This document shows positions 31,846 to 42,551 of a stretch of DNA of 64,000 nt, one piece after another. Numbering within the stretch: position 1 is the stretch's first letter; every line of letters starts with the position of its first letter. The notes beneath the pieces were generated by a model. It searched no databases. It was given only the letters and a program-made list of their open reading frames with translations, and was not told the DNA's origin. This DNA is from Oligoflexia bacterium (GTDB taxonomy: Bacteria; Bdellovibrionota; UBA1018): assembly GCA_963758495.1 (NCBI GenBank), contig CAVWVI010000003.1, positions 1,408,001 to 1,472,000 of the forward strand, in the 5' to 3' direction. The position numbers and the translations under genes were made by a program.

Positions 31846-33402
31846 ATGGCAAAATTGACTTCTCGGAACCCTGCAACAAACGAAATCATCCAAGAAATTG
31901 AAGTCACTCACGCAGAACATCTGCCGGAAATCTTTCAGCGGGCCCATGCGGCTCAAATTCATTGGGCAACATTTCCCATACGCAAACGGAGTGAGTTTTT
32001 AATTCATCTTCGTGAAACGCTCCTGAACCATGTCGATGATCTTGTGACTTTGATTTCAGAAGAAAATGGGAAGCCCAATTACGAAGCAATGGTAAATGAA
32101 ATTTTGCCCTGCCTTGATATGCTGACCCACTTTGCCAAACGAGCTCCAAAGTTACTCCAAAATCGCACTATCCCCTTGACCTTAATGAAACATCGAAAGA
32201 GCTACCTAAACTACTGGCCATTGGGAGTGGTCGCCATCATTTCTCCTTGGAATTATCCTTTCTTGCTTCCTTTTGCGGAAATTCTCATGGCGATCGTGAG
32301 TGGTAACGCGGTTGTCTTTAAACCCAGTGAAGCAACTCCTTTAATTGGGCTTAAGATACAAGAGCTCTGCAATGAAGCAGGTCTACCTCCCTATGTGCTT
32401 CAGACCGTTATCGGGGATGGTTCCATCGGCGCTGCCATCATACAACAAAAACCCAATAAAATATTTTTTACTGGAAGTGTGGCAACAGGGAAAAAGATTA
32501 TGGCTGCAGCCGCAGAATATCTCATTCCTGTCAATCTTGAACTTGGCGGAAAAGATGCCATGATTGTCCTTCCTGACGCTGATTTAGATTACGCTACCAG
32601 TGCCGCCCTTTGGGGCGGCTTCAGCAACTCAGGACAAGTTTGCGCATCTACCGAGCGAATTTTGGTTCATGAACGAATTGCTCGCCCCTTTCTCGAACAA
32701 CTGAAACTGAAAGTAGAAACCCTTCGCCAAGGTCCTTCACTCGATCGAAATAACGACCTAGGCCCACTCACCTACGAAAAACAAAAAGAAATCTACTCAC
32801 GACAGTTGAACGAGGCTAAATCAAAACATGCACAGATTACTACCGGTGGCGACTTTTCTTCGAATCAGCGTTACCTTAAACCTACAATTGTGACTGGCTC
32901 CGATATTGAAAAACTAGAAGTTTATAATGAAGAAACTTTTGGACCAGTGGTAGCCGTTTCGACGTTTAAATCCATTGCAGAAGCCATTGAGAAAGCCAAT
33001 AACAATAGATACGGGCTTTTGGCGAGTGTCATTACTAAAAACCTACCTCTCGGCGAGTCAATTGCAAAACAACTTGCAGTAGGAACAGTGACCATCAACG
33101 AAGTCGTTTATACTGCAGGATTAGGAGAAACACCCTGGGGAGGTGTGAAAGAGAGTGGATTTGGCCGTACTCACTCGGATATCGGAATTTATGAATTTGT
33201 GAACATACGGCACATACACAAACCCAAGTCTCAACTCTTTGTATTTAAATCTTTGTGGTGGTTTCCTTACACATCTTTTCAATACTCTACATTTAGACAC
33301 TTCCTTGAACTCTACAGAACAAGCTGGTGGCTTAAACTCAAAGCACTGCCCCACTTTTTATGGAATTTCGCAAATTTCATCAAACACGAAAAAAGAGTTT
33401 AG
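31846..33402 (+). CDS. Aldehyde dehydrogenase family protein
   Basis: ISPWNYP, FKPSE, FTGS, LELGGKD, NSGQVC, EETFGP. Confidence 0.95.
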   Translation: MAKLTSRNPATNEIIQEIEVTHAEHLPEIFQRAHAAQIHWATFPIRKRSEFLIHLRETLLNHVDDLVTLISEENGKPNYEAMVNEILPCLDMLTHFAKRAPKLLQNRTIPLTLMKHRKSYLNYWPLGVVAIISPWNYPFLLPFAEILMAIVSGNAVVFKPSEATPLIGLKIQELCNEAGLPPYVLQTVIGDGSIGAAIIQQKPNKIFFTGSVATGKKIMAAAAEYLIPVNLELGGKDAMIVLPDADLDYATSAALWGGFSNSGQVCASTERILVHERIARPFLEQLKLKVETLRQGPSLDRNNDLGPLTYEKQKEIYSRQLNEAKSKHAQITTGGDFSSNQRYLKPTIVTGSDIEKLEVYNEETFGPVVAVSTFKSIAEAIEKANNNRYGLLASVITKNLPLGESIAKQLAVGTVTINEVVYTAGLGETPWGGVKESGFGRTHSDIGIYEFVNIRHIHKPKSQLFVFKSLWWFPYTSFQYSTFRHFLELYRTSWWLKLKALPHFLWNFANFIKHEKRV

Positions 33403-33422
33403 GCTCCACCAATAAACGCTTT

Positions 33423-34890
33423 TTACAATAGATTTTGTATCGCCTCTACAGCTTCTCGAATGACTGGATCATGATCCATGCCTGCTTCAATTTTACTACA
33501 TGCGTGTAAAATGGTGGTGTGATCTTTGCCGCCAAAATAACTACCAATCTCCTTGAAGCCAAGACCCGTGTACTTTCGCATGAGATACATCGCAATTTGT
33601 CTCGGAAGTGCTACAGCTCGAATTCGAGTAACAGACTTTAGGTCTTGAATTCTCAAATGGTAGTGCTTCGCCACTGCTTGTTGAATCGATTCGATTGTAA
33701 AATTAGACCCTTCATCAGGAACGGCCGTTTTCAACTCATGTTTTGCCATCTCGAGAGAAATTTCAGCTCCAGTCAATGATGCTTGAGCTTGAAGCCGAAT
33801 TAAAACACCTTCTAACTCACGAACATTAGACTTAATATAAGAAGCTAAAAAAGTCGCGACATCATCTGGAAGATAGATATCATCTCGCTCTGCTTTCGCT
33901 TTAAGAATCGCAATTCTGAGTTTCAATTTCGGGAGGGCTAATATCGGCGACTAAACCCCACTCAAATCGAGTCCTCACACGCTCTTCCAATCCTTCAATT
34001 TCCTTCGGAGGCCGATCACTTGAAACCACGATTTGCCTCTTTGAGCTATGGAGTGCATTAAAAGTATGAAAAAACTCTTCCTCACTGGTGTTTTTGCCTG
34101 CAATAAATTGAATATCGTCGATCAAAATCATGTCGTAACTGTCGCGATACTTCGCTCTAAATTGTGGCATCCGCCTATGCTGTAAAGAATCAATGAGCTC
34201 ATTCACAAATTTTTCAGCTGAAAGGTAGGCCACCCGTGCATTTGGGTTTTGTGCGAGCAAGCGATTTCCAATTGCATGAAGTAAATGCGTTTTTCCTAAT
34301 CCAGGAGGGCTATAAAGGAAAAGGGGATTGTATTGGCGTGCAGGCTGTTCAGCTACCGCAACTGCAGTTGCATGCGCAAATTGATTACTCGCACCCACAA
34401 CGAAACTATCAAAAGTATATCGAAGATCCGGATAATCGTTACCCGATCGAAGACTGGTATGCACTACCCCAGGCGCTGAAGTGACTAATGGAGTGCCGCC
34501 TGAGGACTGAGGGGCGGATATCTGAAAGTCTTGTTCGATCAGGTTAAATTTAAAATCCTTTATAATTTCTTTCACTTGAAGCTGTAGCTCACAGGGTGAG
34601 CCTGCCACTTGTGCAAGAGCGCCCTCAATGGCTTTTTGATAATGATCTCGCACCCATTGGGCCGAAAAGTCATTAGGGGCAGCCATGACTGCTTTATGGC
34701 CATTTTGAACTTGCTCTATCTCCAGCAATTCCAATGGATAGATCCACGCATGGAACTGGTTGGGTACCACCGTCTGCTCTAAAAGACGACAAGCAGCCTG
34801 CCATAATTCGGGCAGTTGCCCTGTGTTGAAGTGAATTGAATTATTCATAGCCGAACTAATTGAACTAACATGAGGGCTTCTACTTGACAA
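33423..34890 (-). pseudogene. dnaA: Chromosomal replication initiator DnaA, split by a +1 frameshift near 33918 (real lesion or sequencing error)
   Basis: N-terminal part has GLGKTHLL, IDDIQF and RTRFEWGL; C-terminal part has RIAILKAKA, SNVRELEG and GGKDHTT. Junction GAA ACT C AGA ATT; removing one base restores ...PPEIETRIAIL... Confidence 0.93.
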
Positions 34891-34946
34891 TGAGCCTTCT
34901 CTCCGATAATTCCTTTTGATCTTATTTTTTTGGAGCTTTATTTAAT

Positions 34947-35096
34947 ATGAAAAGAACTCTTCAGCCTAGCAGAACAAAACGTCGTCGTCGGCACGGCTTT
35001 CGCGCCCGTATGAAAACAGCCACTGGACAGCAAGTCTTAAATAGACGCAGAGCCAAAGGCCGTAAACGCTTAACTGTATCAGTTGCAGGCAAGTAA
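34947..35096 (+). CDS. rpmH: 50S ribosomal protein L34
   Basis: Manual translation [49 protein letters not shown]; below the track length cut-off. Confidence 0.97.
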   Translation: MKRTLQPSRTKRRRRHGFRARMKTATGQQVLNRRRAKGRKRLTVSVAGK

Positions 35097-35464
35097 TTAC
35101 GACTTCTCAAGTTCGCTCTCAAGCCTTAACTACTCAGCGACGACTCCATTACTCATGGGAGTACAAGCTTTTTTTTAACCAGAGTCAGGTTTTTAGACTT
35201 TCTGAATGCACTGTATTTAGAATTAAGAACAATCTGAGCCACTTCCGGTTAGGAATTACTTTAAAAGCTCGAGGTTCGTCCGTAGATAGGAATAAGGTTA
35301 AAAGGCAAATTCGGGAATCATTCCGAATCCAAGGTGAATCTCTGGGATCATTTGATTATAATGTGGTCATCCCAGGCACTAAGAAAATGGGGTTTCCTTA
35401 TCCGAATCGCCTGGGAAAGTGTTTGCGAGGGCAGTTGATCCATGCGGTCTCCTCAAGCCGTTAG
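35096..35464 (+). CDS. rnpA: Ribonuclease P protein component, no canonical start codon (ATT candidate)
   Basis: Manual translation ...[10 protein letters not shown]...[28 protein letters not shown]...; canonical position after rpmH. Confidence 0.88.
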   Translation: MTTSQVRSQALTTQRRLHYSWEYKLFFNQSQVFRLSECTVFRIKNNLSHFRLGITLKARGSSVDRNKVKRQIRESFRIQGESLGSFDYNVVIPGTKKMGFPYPNRLGKCLRGQLIHAVSSSR

Positions 35465-35753
35465 GTCCTTTGTCCTGAGAAGGATTTTCGGCATTTATCA
35501 GCTTGTTATTTCACCTCTTTTTCATCTCATTTCTGGCCCCTCTATGGGCTGCCGTTTTGTTCCCTCTTGCAGTCAATATGGAGAAGAAGCGCTCCGGACT
35601 CATGGTTTTTTTAAGGGGATGGGGCTCCTCATAAAAAGAATTTCTCGATGCCAACCGTTTGCTAGGGCTGGCTTTGACCCCGTACCTCATGTTATAGCGA
35701 AGTTTCACTTAAACCCCAATCCTGAGTTAGGGAAGGTAAAGCATGGATCGTAA
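35442..35753 (+). CDS. yidD: Membrane protein insertion efficiency factor
   Basis: YQLVISP...[10 protein letters not shown]...HG...KRISRCQPF...GFDPVP. Confidence 0.95.
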   Translation: MRSPQAVRSFVLRRIFGIYQLVISPLFHLISGPSMGCRFVPSCSQYGEEALRTHGFFKGMGLLIKRISRCQPFARAGFDPVPHVIAKFHLNPNPELGKVKHGS

Positions 35754-37302
35754 GACCATTTTAGCAGTTGTATTATGTTTTCTTATTTATACGGGTTGGC
35801 AAAAGTTTATTCTTGAGCCAAGATTTCCTCATCAGACGCAACTTGCTCCAGTCACAAGTCAAAATGAAAGCGTATCTGATCAGGCGATCACAAGCCATTC
35901 TAAGACGGTCGAAGCGACACAGCCTGAACCCATCCGCCACGCACCTCAATCTGTGACCTTGCCTACATCGATTGGACAGGCTGTTCTAGGTGATGCGGGT
36001 CAGTTTTTTGTGGGTTGGAATCTAAAGGGCTATAAACTCAATATTTCTAAAAATGCTGCAGCCGTGGACATGCACTCGGTTACAAATGAACAAGGTGAAA
36101 TGAGCCTGGCTTTTGATGAACCCAGCTTCGCTTACCTCAATGACGTACAAGGCACTCTCACTTCCACTCCACAAGGGGCAAAATGGACTTTTGATGATGC
36201 CAATGTAAAACTCTCTCGAGAAATCGTATCCTCGGAACAAAAGCCTTATATAGATATGGTTGTTAAAGCAGAATTTAAAGGCAAACGGCCTAAATTTGCT
36301 TTTATTTCCCTTTCAGGCCAAGGGATCGATAAAGATCCAGAAGCTCAAGATCGCCAACTCTCCTACTGGACTAATCAATCTCTTGAACGGGTACCTCTTA
36401 AAGACACCCTCAGCCAAAAGGAAGTTGCAACTCCTGTTAAGTATATTGCTGCTACCAACCGTTACTTCATCATGTCTGTCCTTTCACAGACTCAAACTGA
36501 ACCTAACGGACTCATTCAGCCTTTAGGGTTCAATGCCGGTCGCATCAGTCTAGTTTATTCCGTATCCGAAAATTCAATTACTATTCCTTTGCGTGTCTAT
36601 TTCGGCCCAAAGGAACTCGATCTTCTTCGACAAGTCGATTCTTCTCTCGATCACACCGTCGACTTTGGGTGGTTTACGATTTTTGCTTATCCCTTACTTA
36701 AAATTCTGAAGTGGCTTTATCAGTTTGTCCAAAACTACGGTGTTGCAATTATATTCTTAACGCTCATGCTCAAAATCGTTACCTATCCACTCACTTACAA
36801 GAGCATGAAAAGCATGAAGAAAATGGCTAAACTTCAGCCACAGCTACAAAAAATTCGCGAAAAGCATAAAGACGATAAAGAAGCATTGAATCGCGAAATG
36901 CTCACCATCATGAAAACCCATGGCTACAACCCAATGGCGGGTTGTCTTCCTATGCTCATTCAGATGCCTATCTTTTTTGCTCTCTATCGAGTTCTTTATA
37001 GCTCAATTGAGCTTTATCATGCTCCTTTTGCTTTATGGATTCAGGATTTGTCCAGTCGTGACCCTTTTTATGTCACGCCCATTCTTCTGTCTTTGACCAT
37101 GTTTGTCCAACAGAAATTGACGCCGAATACAGCAACTGACCCTGCACAAGCCAGAATGATGCAGTTCATGCCCCTCATTTTTGGAGCATTCATGATTGCC
37201 CTCCCTTCAGGCCTCACTATTTATATGTTGGTGAATGCTCTCGCAAGTATTGTGCAGCAGATGATTCTGAACAAAAAGCTTGATGTTACGCCAGCGAGAT
37301 AA
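35743..37302 (+). CDS. yidC: Membrane protein insertase YidC
   Basis: [33 protein letters not shown]. Confidence 0.97.
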   Translation: MDRKTILAVVLCFLIYTGWQKFILEPRFPHQTQLAPVTSQNESVSDQAITSHSKTVEATQPEPIRHAPQSVTLPTSIGQAVLGDAGQFFVGWNLKGYKLNISKNAAAVDMHSVTNEQGEMSLAFDEPSFAYLNDVQGTLTSTPQGAKWTFDDANVKLSREIVSSEQKPYIDMVVKAEFKGKRPKFAFISLSGQGIDKDPEAQDRQLSYWTNQSLERVPLKDTLSQKEVATPVKYIAATNRYFIMSVLSQTQTEPNGLIQPLGFNAGRISLVYSVSENSITIPLRVYFGPKELDLLRQVDSSLDHTVDFGWFTIFAYPLLKILKWLYQFVQNYGVAIIFLTLMLKIVTYPLTYKSMKSMKKMAKLQPQLQKIREKHKDDKEALNREMLTIMKTHGYNPMAGCLPMLIQMPIFFALYRVLYSSIELYHAPFALWIQDLSSRDPFYVTPILLSLTMFVQQKLTPNTATDPAQARMMQFMPLIFGAFMIALPSGLTIYMLVNALASIVQQMILNKKLDVTPAR

Positions 37303-38707
37303 GTCGGGATATCTATCAGAAGACACGATTGCGGCTATCGCAACCGAAGTCGGGGGAGCCATTTCAATTGTAAGAGTAAGTGGTCCCCTAGCCTTCTCTT
37401 CTCTAGATCGAGTGACTCAATCCACTCTTTCTAGTCTTTCCGAACCTCGCAAACTCATTCGCTCTCATCTCTTTCTTGAGACGGGTGAACCCCTAGACGA
37501 CGCGTTGTTTACACGTTTTGTGCAACCGCAAAGTTATACAGGCGAAGACCTGGTTGAATACCATCTTCACGGAAGCCCTTTTATTGCTCAACGCTTGATG
37601 GAAACCCTGGCTTCATTCCAAGTGCGTCAAGCCCTCCCTGGTGAGTTCAGCTTTCGAGGGGTGCGTAATGGCAAAATGACTTTGCTTCAAGCAGAAGCTG
37701 TTGCGGATCTAATTTCTTCTTCAAATGAAGGTGCGGTTTCACTCGCCTTAGAGAAGATGTCGGGCTCACAGAATCAACTCTTAGAGGAATTAGCAGCTAC
37801 TTTACGAAAGATGGCGGTCCTAAGCGAGGTAGGAATTGACTTCTCAGATCAAGACATTGAAGAAGTTTCACTTCCTCATTTAAAAAAGAAAATTGAACCC
37901 ATCATTCTGCTCTTAAAAAACTTGCATGGCAGTTATTCGCGTGGTTTCCGACTCCAAGATGGAATTAGAATCGCATTTATAGGTCTCCCCAATGTAGGAA
38001 AATCCAGTTTCTTTAACGCGATTTTAGGCGAAGATCGATCCATTGTATCAGACATTGCAGGAACCACTCGAGACGTAGTCCGAGAACGCCTCACCCTTCG
38101 TGGAAAGAAAAAAACAGTCACACTCCGGCTTGAAGATACTGCAGGCCTTCGAATGACTGATCATCCAATTGAAAAAATGGGCATTGATCGTACCCATAAA
38201 GCCATTCAAGAAGCAGATCTCATTCTCTTTATGGTGGACCCTACTTCTTCTTTCGAAGCGACAAAAGAGCAATGGCTTCTCCTAACACAATCCGCAACTC
38301 AAACTCTTGTTCCAAAAACTCTCGGTGTCCTCACTAAATGTGACTGCGTCAGTTCAGAGCAACTGACTCAATTCCTCCAAAAGACCCAGATCTTTGGTAT
38401 TCAAAAATGGGTTTCAACTTCATCTCTCACAGGCATGGGCATTCAAGAAGCCATAGAGACCGTCATTGAACTCTGTGAGCAATGGACACATCGAGCCCCA
38501 GGAGAGATTCTTCTCACTCGACTCGATCATCTCACTGCAGTCAGTGCTGCACTTGAGCATCTACAAAGAGCTCAGCTGACTTCAGAAATAGACTTATTTG
38601 CGGCTGATATTCGCCAAGCACTCCACGAGTTGAGCATTCTTATTGGAGACACCCCCCCAGATGATATTTTAGGAAAGATTTTTTCTGATTTTTGTATTGG
38701 AAAATAG
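37280..38707 (+). CDS. mnmE: tRNA modification GTPase MnmE/TrmE
   Basis: DTIAAIAT, SYTGED, GLPNVGKSS, GTTRD, DTAG, FCIGK. Confidence 0.97.
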   Translation: MMLRQRDKSGYLSEDTIAAIATEVGGAISIVRVSGPLAFSSLDRVTQSTLSSLSEPRKLIRSHLFLETGEPLDDALFTRFVQPQSYTGEDLVEYHLHGSPFIAQRLMETLASFQVRQALPGEFSFRGVRNGKMTLLQAEAVADLISSSNEGAVSLALEKMSGSQNQLLEELAATLRKMAVLSEVGIDFSDQDIEEVSLPHLKKKIEPIILLLKNLHGSYSRGFRLQDGIRIAFIGLPNVGKSSFFNAILGEDRSIVSDIAGTTRDVVRERLTLRGKKKTVTLRLEDTAGLRMTDHPIEKMGIDRTHKAIQEADLILFMVDPTSSFEATKEQWLLLTQSATQTLVPKTLGVLTKCDCVSSEQLTQFLQKTQIFGIQKWVSTSSLTGMGIQEAIETVIELCEQWTHRAPGEILLTRLDHLTAVSAALEHLQRAQLTSEIDLFAADIRQALHELSILIGDTPPDDILGKIFSDFCIGK

Positions 38708-38754
38708 CTTGGTTTTTGGGCAAATGGATTCGCAGTAACTTAAAGGGGTGCTCT

Positions 38755-39615
38755 ATGACGCTTGATGGTATTCAAATTGGTATTCTAGGAGCTGGACAAA
38801 TGGGCGCTGGAATCGCTCAAACAGCATCTCAATTTGGTTTTAATGTGCTTTTGGCAGATATGAATTCTGAAATCACAGAAAAGGCTAAAAAAGGGATTGA
38901 AGCTCAACTTCAGAAGCAAATTGAAAAGGGAAAGCTTTCAGAAAAAGAAAAGCCGCTCATTTTAGATAGAATACAGACCGTCAAAGGAATGAAGGACCTA
39001 TCTCAGGCAGGACTCGTGATTGAAGCAGTAACGGAGAAACCTGACTTGAAGTTTCAGCTATTTCGTCAACTGGATGAAATTTGTTCGCCTCAGACCCTCC
39101 TGGCGTCAAATACCTCTTCAATTAGCATTACAGCCATCGCCGCTCAAACGAAGCGCCCTGAAATGGTAGCAGGAATTCACTTTATGAATCCGGTACCGAT
39201 CATGAAGCTAGTAGAAGGAATTCGGGGGCTTCAAACATCTGATGAAACATTTAAAATAGTCAGATCCGTGGCTGAAAAAATGGGAAAAGTATTTATTGAA
39301 GCCAAAGATCAACCTGGTTTTGCAGTGAATCGCATTTTAATGCCCATGATCAATGAAGCAATCACGGCTCTGAACGAAGGAATCGCTTCTGCCGAAGATA
39401 TTGATACCGCCATGAAACTAGGCACCAACCAACCCATGGGGCCCTTGGCTTTAGCAGACTTTATTGGCTTAGATACTTGTTTAGCCATTATGGAAGTCTT
39501 ACACCAAGGATTAGGCGATTCGAAATACCGTCCCTCTCCCCTTTTGAAACAATATGTCGCAGCTCATTGGCTCGGTCGAAAAACCAAACGAGGATTTTAT
39601 CGCTATGACACTTAA
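38755..39615 (+). CDS. 3-hydroxybutyryl-CoA/3-hydroxyacyl-CoA dehydrogenase
   Basis: GAGQMGAGIA, SNTSS, GIHFMNP, PMGPLAL; start MTLDG. Confidence 0.92.
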   Translation: MTLDGIQIGILGAGQMGAGIAQTASQFGFNVLLADMNSEITEKAKKGIEAQLQKQIEKGKLSEKEKPLILDRIQTVKGMKDLSQAGLVIEAVTEKPDLKFQLFRQLDEICSPQTLLASNTSSISITAIAAQTKRPEMVAGIHFMNPVPIMKLVEGIRGLQTSDETFKIVRSVAEKMGKVFIEAKDQPGFAVNRILMPMINEAITALNEGIASAEDIDTAMKLGTNQPMGPLALADFIGLDTCLAIMEVLHQGLGDSKYRPSPLLKQYVAAHWLGRKTKRGFYRYDT

Positions 39616-40393
39616 TCATCTCATTCTAGAAGCCGTACAACCAGGAATTCGGATTATTAAAATTTCAAGACCTCACGCTCTGAATGCTTTAAACACAGAA
39701 GCTCTAAAGGAATTGAAAGAAGTTTTGATTCAAGAATCCCACGATCCGACTACAAGAGTGATTATTTTAACGGGTGATGGCGAGAAAGCATTTATTGCAG
39801 GAGCAGACATTACAGAAATGAGCGGAAAATCCGTCCGTGAGGGAGTTGAATTTGCTCAACTCGGTCATGAAGTGACCAAACTTCTAGAATTGATGCCCAA
39901 ACCTACGATCGCGGCTGTGAATGGCTTTGCCTTAGGTGGAGGCACGGAAATGGCAATCGCCTGTGATTTTATCCTAGCGAGTGATACTGCTATCTTTGGC
40001 CAACCTGAAGTGGGTTTAGGAATTATCCCAGGTTTTGGGGGCACTCTTCGACTTGCTAAATTTATTGGCCTACCCCGCGCAAAAGAACTGATTTTTTCTG
40101 CTCGAAGAGTTAAGGCTGAAGAGGCTTTCGCGATTGGCTTAGTCAGTCATGTTTTTCCTCAGCAAGAATTTATGGCTCGAGTCTTAGATTTGGCAAAAAC
40201 AATCAGTTCTCAATCGATAACAGCGATTGCGAGAGCAAAACAGTTGCTCAATGAATTCTCTGAGTCTGCTGGTCTTAATTTTAAATTAGACGCAGAAGCT
40301 CAAGCATTTGGAAGACTGTTCGAAAGTCCTGACCAGAGTGAAGGCATGACTGCATTTATTGAAAAACGTAAACCGCATTTTCAGGGATTATAA
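39605..40393 (+). CDS. Enoyl-CoA hydratase (crotonase)
   Basis: AFIAGADI, AVNGFALGGG.E, GQPEVGLGIIPGFGG. Confidence 0.93.
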   Translation: MTLNHLILEAVQPGIRIIKISRPHALNALNTEALKELKEVLIQESHDPTTRVIILTGDGEKAFIAGADITEMSGKSVREGVEFAQLGHEVTKLLELMPKPTIAAVNGFALGGGTEMAIACDFILASDTAIFGQPEVGLGIIPGFGGTLRLAKFIGLPRAKELIFSARRVKAEEAFAIGLVSHVFPQQEFMARVLDLAKTISSQSITAIARAKQLLNEFSESAGLNFKLDAEAQAFGRLFESPDQSEGMTAFIEKRKPHFQGL

Positions 40394-40395
40394 TT

Positions 40396-41559
40396 ATGAT
40401 GCTCTATGGATGGCCAGAAACCGACGAATCAAAAAAACTTCTTATTGAACAAGTGCGATCTTTCGCTCAGGAAAAAATACTTCCTCAAGCCAAAGAACTC
40501 GATGAGACTGGCACATTCCCGACCGAAATTATAAAGCAACTAGGTGAGATGGGAATGATGGGAATGATGGTACCTGAACAATGGGGTGGTTCCGGTATGG
40601 ATACCGTCTCTTATGCGATTGCCCTGGAAGAAATCGCGGCTGCTTGTGCATCCACCGCAGTCATTATGTCAGTAAATAACTCGTTGGTTTGCTCCCCCAT
40701 CCTCAAATTTGGAAATGACTACCAAAAACAGAAATTTCTAACTCCTCTCGCAAAAGGGGAGAAATTAGGCTGTTTTGCTCTTTCTGAGCCAGGTCATGGT
40801 TCAGACCCTGCCGGCCTCGAATGCCAAGCAACACCTGTTTCAGGAGGCTACACGCTTCGTGGAACTAAAAATTGGATTACCAGCGGCAAAGAAGCAGACT
40901 ATTGTATAGTTTTCGCAACCGTAGATAAAAACCTGGGTCATAAAGGAATTTGTGCCTTTATCGTAGATACTCATTCAGAAGGTTTTCAAGTTTCAAAGCT
41001 CGAAGACAAATTAGGAATTACGGCTTCCTCTACAGCACAACTGTTTTTCGATGACGTATGGGTTCCTAACGAATGTTTATTAGGAAAAGTAGGCGAAGGA
41101 TTTAAAATCGCTCTTTCAACTTTGGATGGAGGACGAATCGGTATTGCATCACAAGCCTTAGGTATTGCGAGATCTGCATTTGACGCATCGAAAAAATTTG
41201 CATTAGAGCGCGAACAATTTGGAGCACCCATTGCAAAACTTCAAGCCATCCAGTGGTTTATTGCTGATATGGCAACTCGCCTTCAAAGCGCGCGCCTTCT
41301 CACTTGGGCAGCAGCCAAAGGACGAGATTCTGGATCTCCGTATACAAAAGAAGCTGCAATGGCTAAATTAGCCGCATCTGAAGCCGCAATGTGGATCACA
41401 ACCAAAGCGATCCAAGTGCATGGCGGTTATGGTTACACGAAAGAGTATGTTGTAGAGAGAAACTTTCGCGACGCAAAAATTACTGAGATCTACGAAGGAA
41501 CATCGGAAATTCAAAGAATCGTCATTGCCGCTCAAGAATTTGCTGAAACCGCTCGCTAG
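40396..41559 (+). CDS. Acyl-CoA dehydrogenase
   Basis: FALSEPG.GSD, GTKNWIT, REQFG, HGGYGY, IYEGTSEIQR. Confidence 0.95.
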   Translation: MMLYGWPETDESKKLLIEQVRSFAQEKILPQAKELDETGTFPTEIIKQLGEMGMMGMMVPEQWGGSGMDTVSYAIALEEIAAACASTAVIMSVNNSLVCSPILKFGNDYQKQKFLTPLAKGEKLGCFALSEPGHGSDPAGLECQATPVSGGYTLRGTKNWITSGKEADYCIVFATVDKNLGHKGICAFIVDTHSEGFQVSKLEDKLGITASSTAQLFFDDVWVPNECLLGKVGEGFKIALSTLDGGRIGIASQALGIARSAFDASKKFALEREQFGAPIAKLQAIQWFIADMATRLQSARLLTWAAAKGRDSGSPYTKEAAMAKLAASEAAMWITTKAIQVHGGYGYTKEYVVERNFRDAKITEIYEGTSEIQRIVIAAQEFAETAR

Positions 41560-41611
41560 GAAAAGGGACGGCGCAGCATCCTCCCTAGGTACTCAACTTC
41601 ACCAGAAACCG

Positions 41612-41679
41612 TTTTGATATCCCAATTTGGGATATCAAAAATGGAATCTCACGGTGAACGACAAAACCCCCCTTTCTTC
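41612..41679 (+). pseudogene. Relic ORF6N gene fragment retaining the palindrome TTTTGATATCC-CAATTTG-GGATATCAAAA
   Basis: From 41614 it reads LISQFGISKMESHGERQNPPFF, aligning with LNSQFPISSTEHGGRRYLPYIF in the ORF6N protein at 53185. Confidence 0.6.
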
Positions 41680-41925
41680 AGACGGGTAAGAACAAGTACT
41701 TAAACGAACTACGCAAAGAGAGTAGTTTAGCCTCTAAAGTCTACGACTTCCACCGCCTTAAATGACACTTTAAGTATGTTCAAAAAGTATCTTTGCGACC
41801 TTATTAAATTCATACAAATTAGTCAAATATCCAATTTAAAATCAGATAAATTTAGTCAACAATTTATTACAAAAATCGCCTTAACTTCGAAAATACTAAA
41901 AATTATTACTCAGGTACCGTTTTTT

Positions 41926-42410
41926 TGTGGATAAGTCTGTGGATAAGTGTGTGGATAACTTTTCGTCAAAAAACTTATCCACAAGTTATCCACAGGGTTA
42001 TCCACAAGTTATCCACATCTTACACAAGATGTTTGTCTATAATATCAATACCTTATAAAGTTATCCACATCTTACACAATTTCTATCCCGAATGGAATAT
42101 TTGATTAGTTAACTTTATTACTAGGTCTTTGTGGATAACTCTAAAAAATGACCTCAAAAAATGGCTGTTTTTAGTCAATACATGACTACCCATATCAGGT
42201 AAAAAAGTTATCCACAAAATCGTGTGGATAAGTGTGTGGATAACTTTTTTTTAGGGGTAAAATAAAGTTATCCACAAAATTGAAAAAGTTATCCACAGAC
42301 TTATCCACAAAGTTATCCACATGGTTTCTATATTAATTTCAATAAGTTAAGTGAGTTATCCACTTATCCACACGCCCTACTACTACTACTGTCTTAATAT
42401 ATATATAATT
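41926..42410. other. oriC: Chromosomal replication origin oriC
   Basis: 17 perfect DnaA boxes (TTATCCACA/TGTGGATAA) by hand count plus one single-mismatch box; IHF site TATCAATACCTTA (42043); terminal box pair followed by CGCCC, (TAC)4 DnaA-trios (42378-42389) and an AT run; directly upstream of dnaN. Confidence 0.96.
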
Positions 42411-42551
42411 CTTAAGAGGGGGGCCGGGATAAAACGTTAAAAAATTGATCACAAATAAAACCCAACTCTTTTCTAACGCTATCAAGAGTATGTAGATTAC
42501 AAACTAGAAATGGGCTAAGATAAGCACCGATAAGAAAGGACTGCCTGAGCC

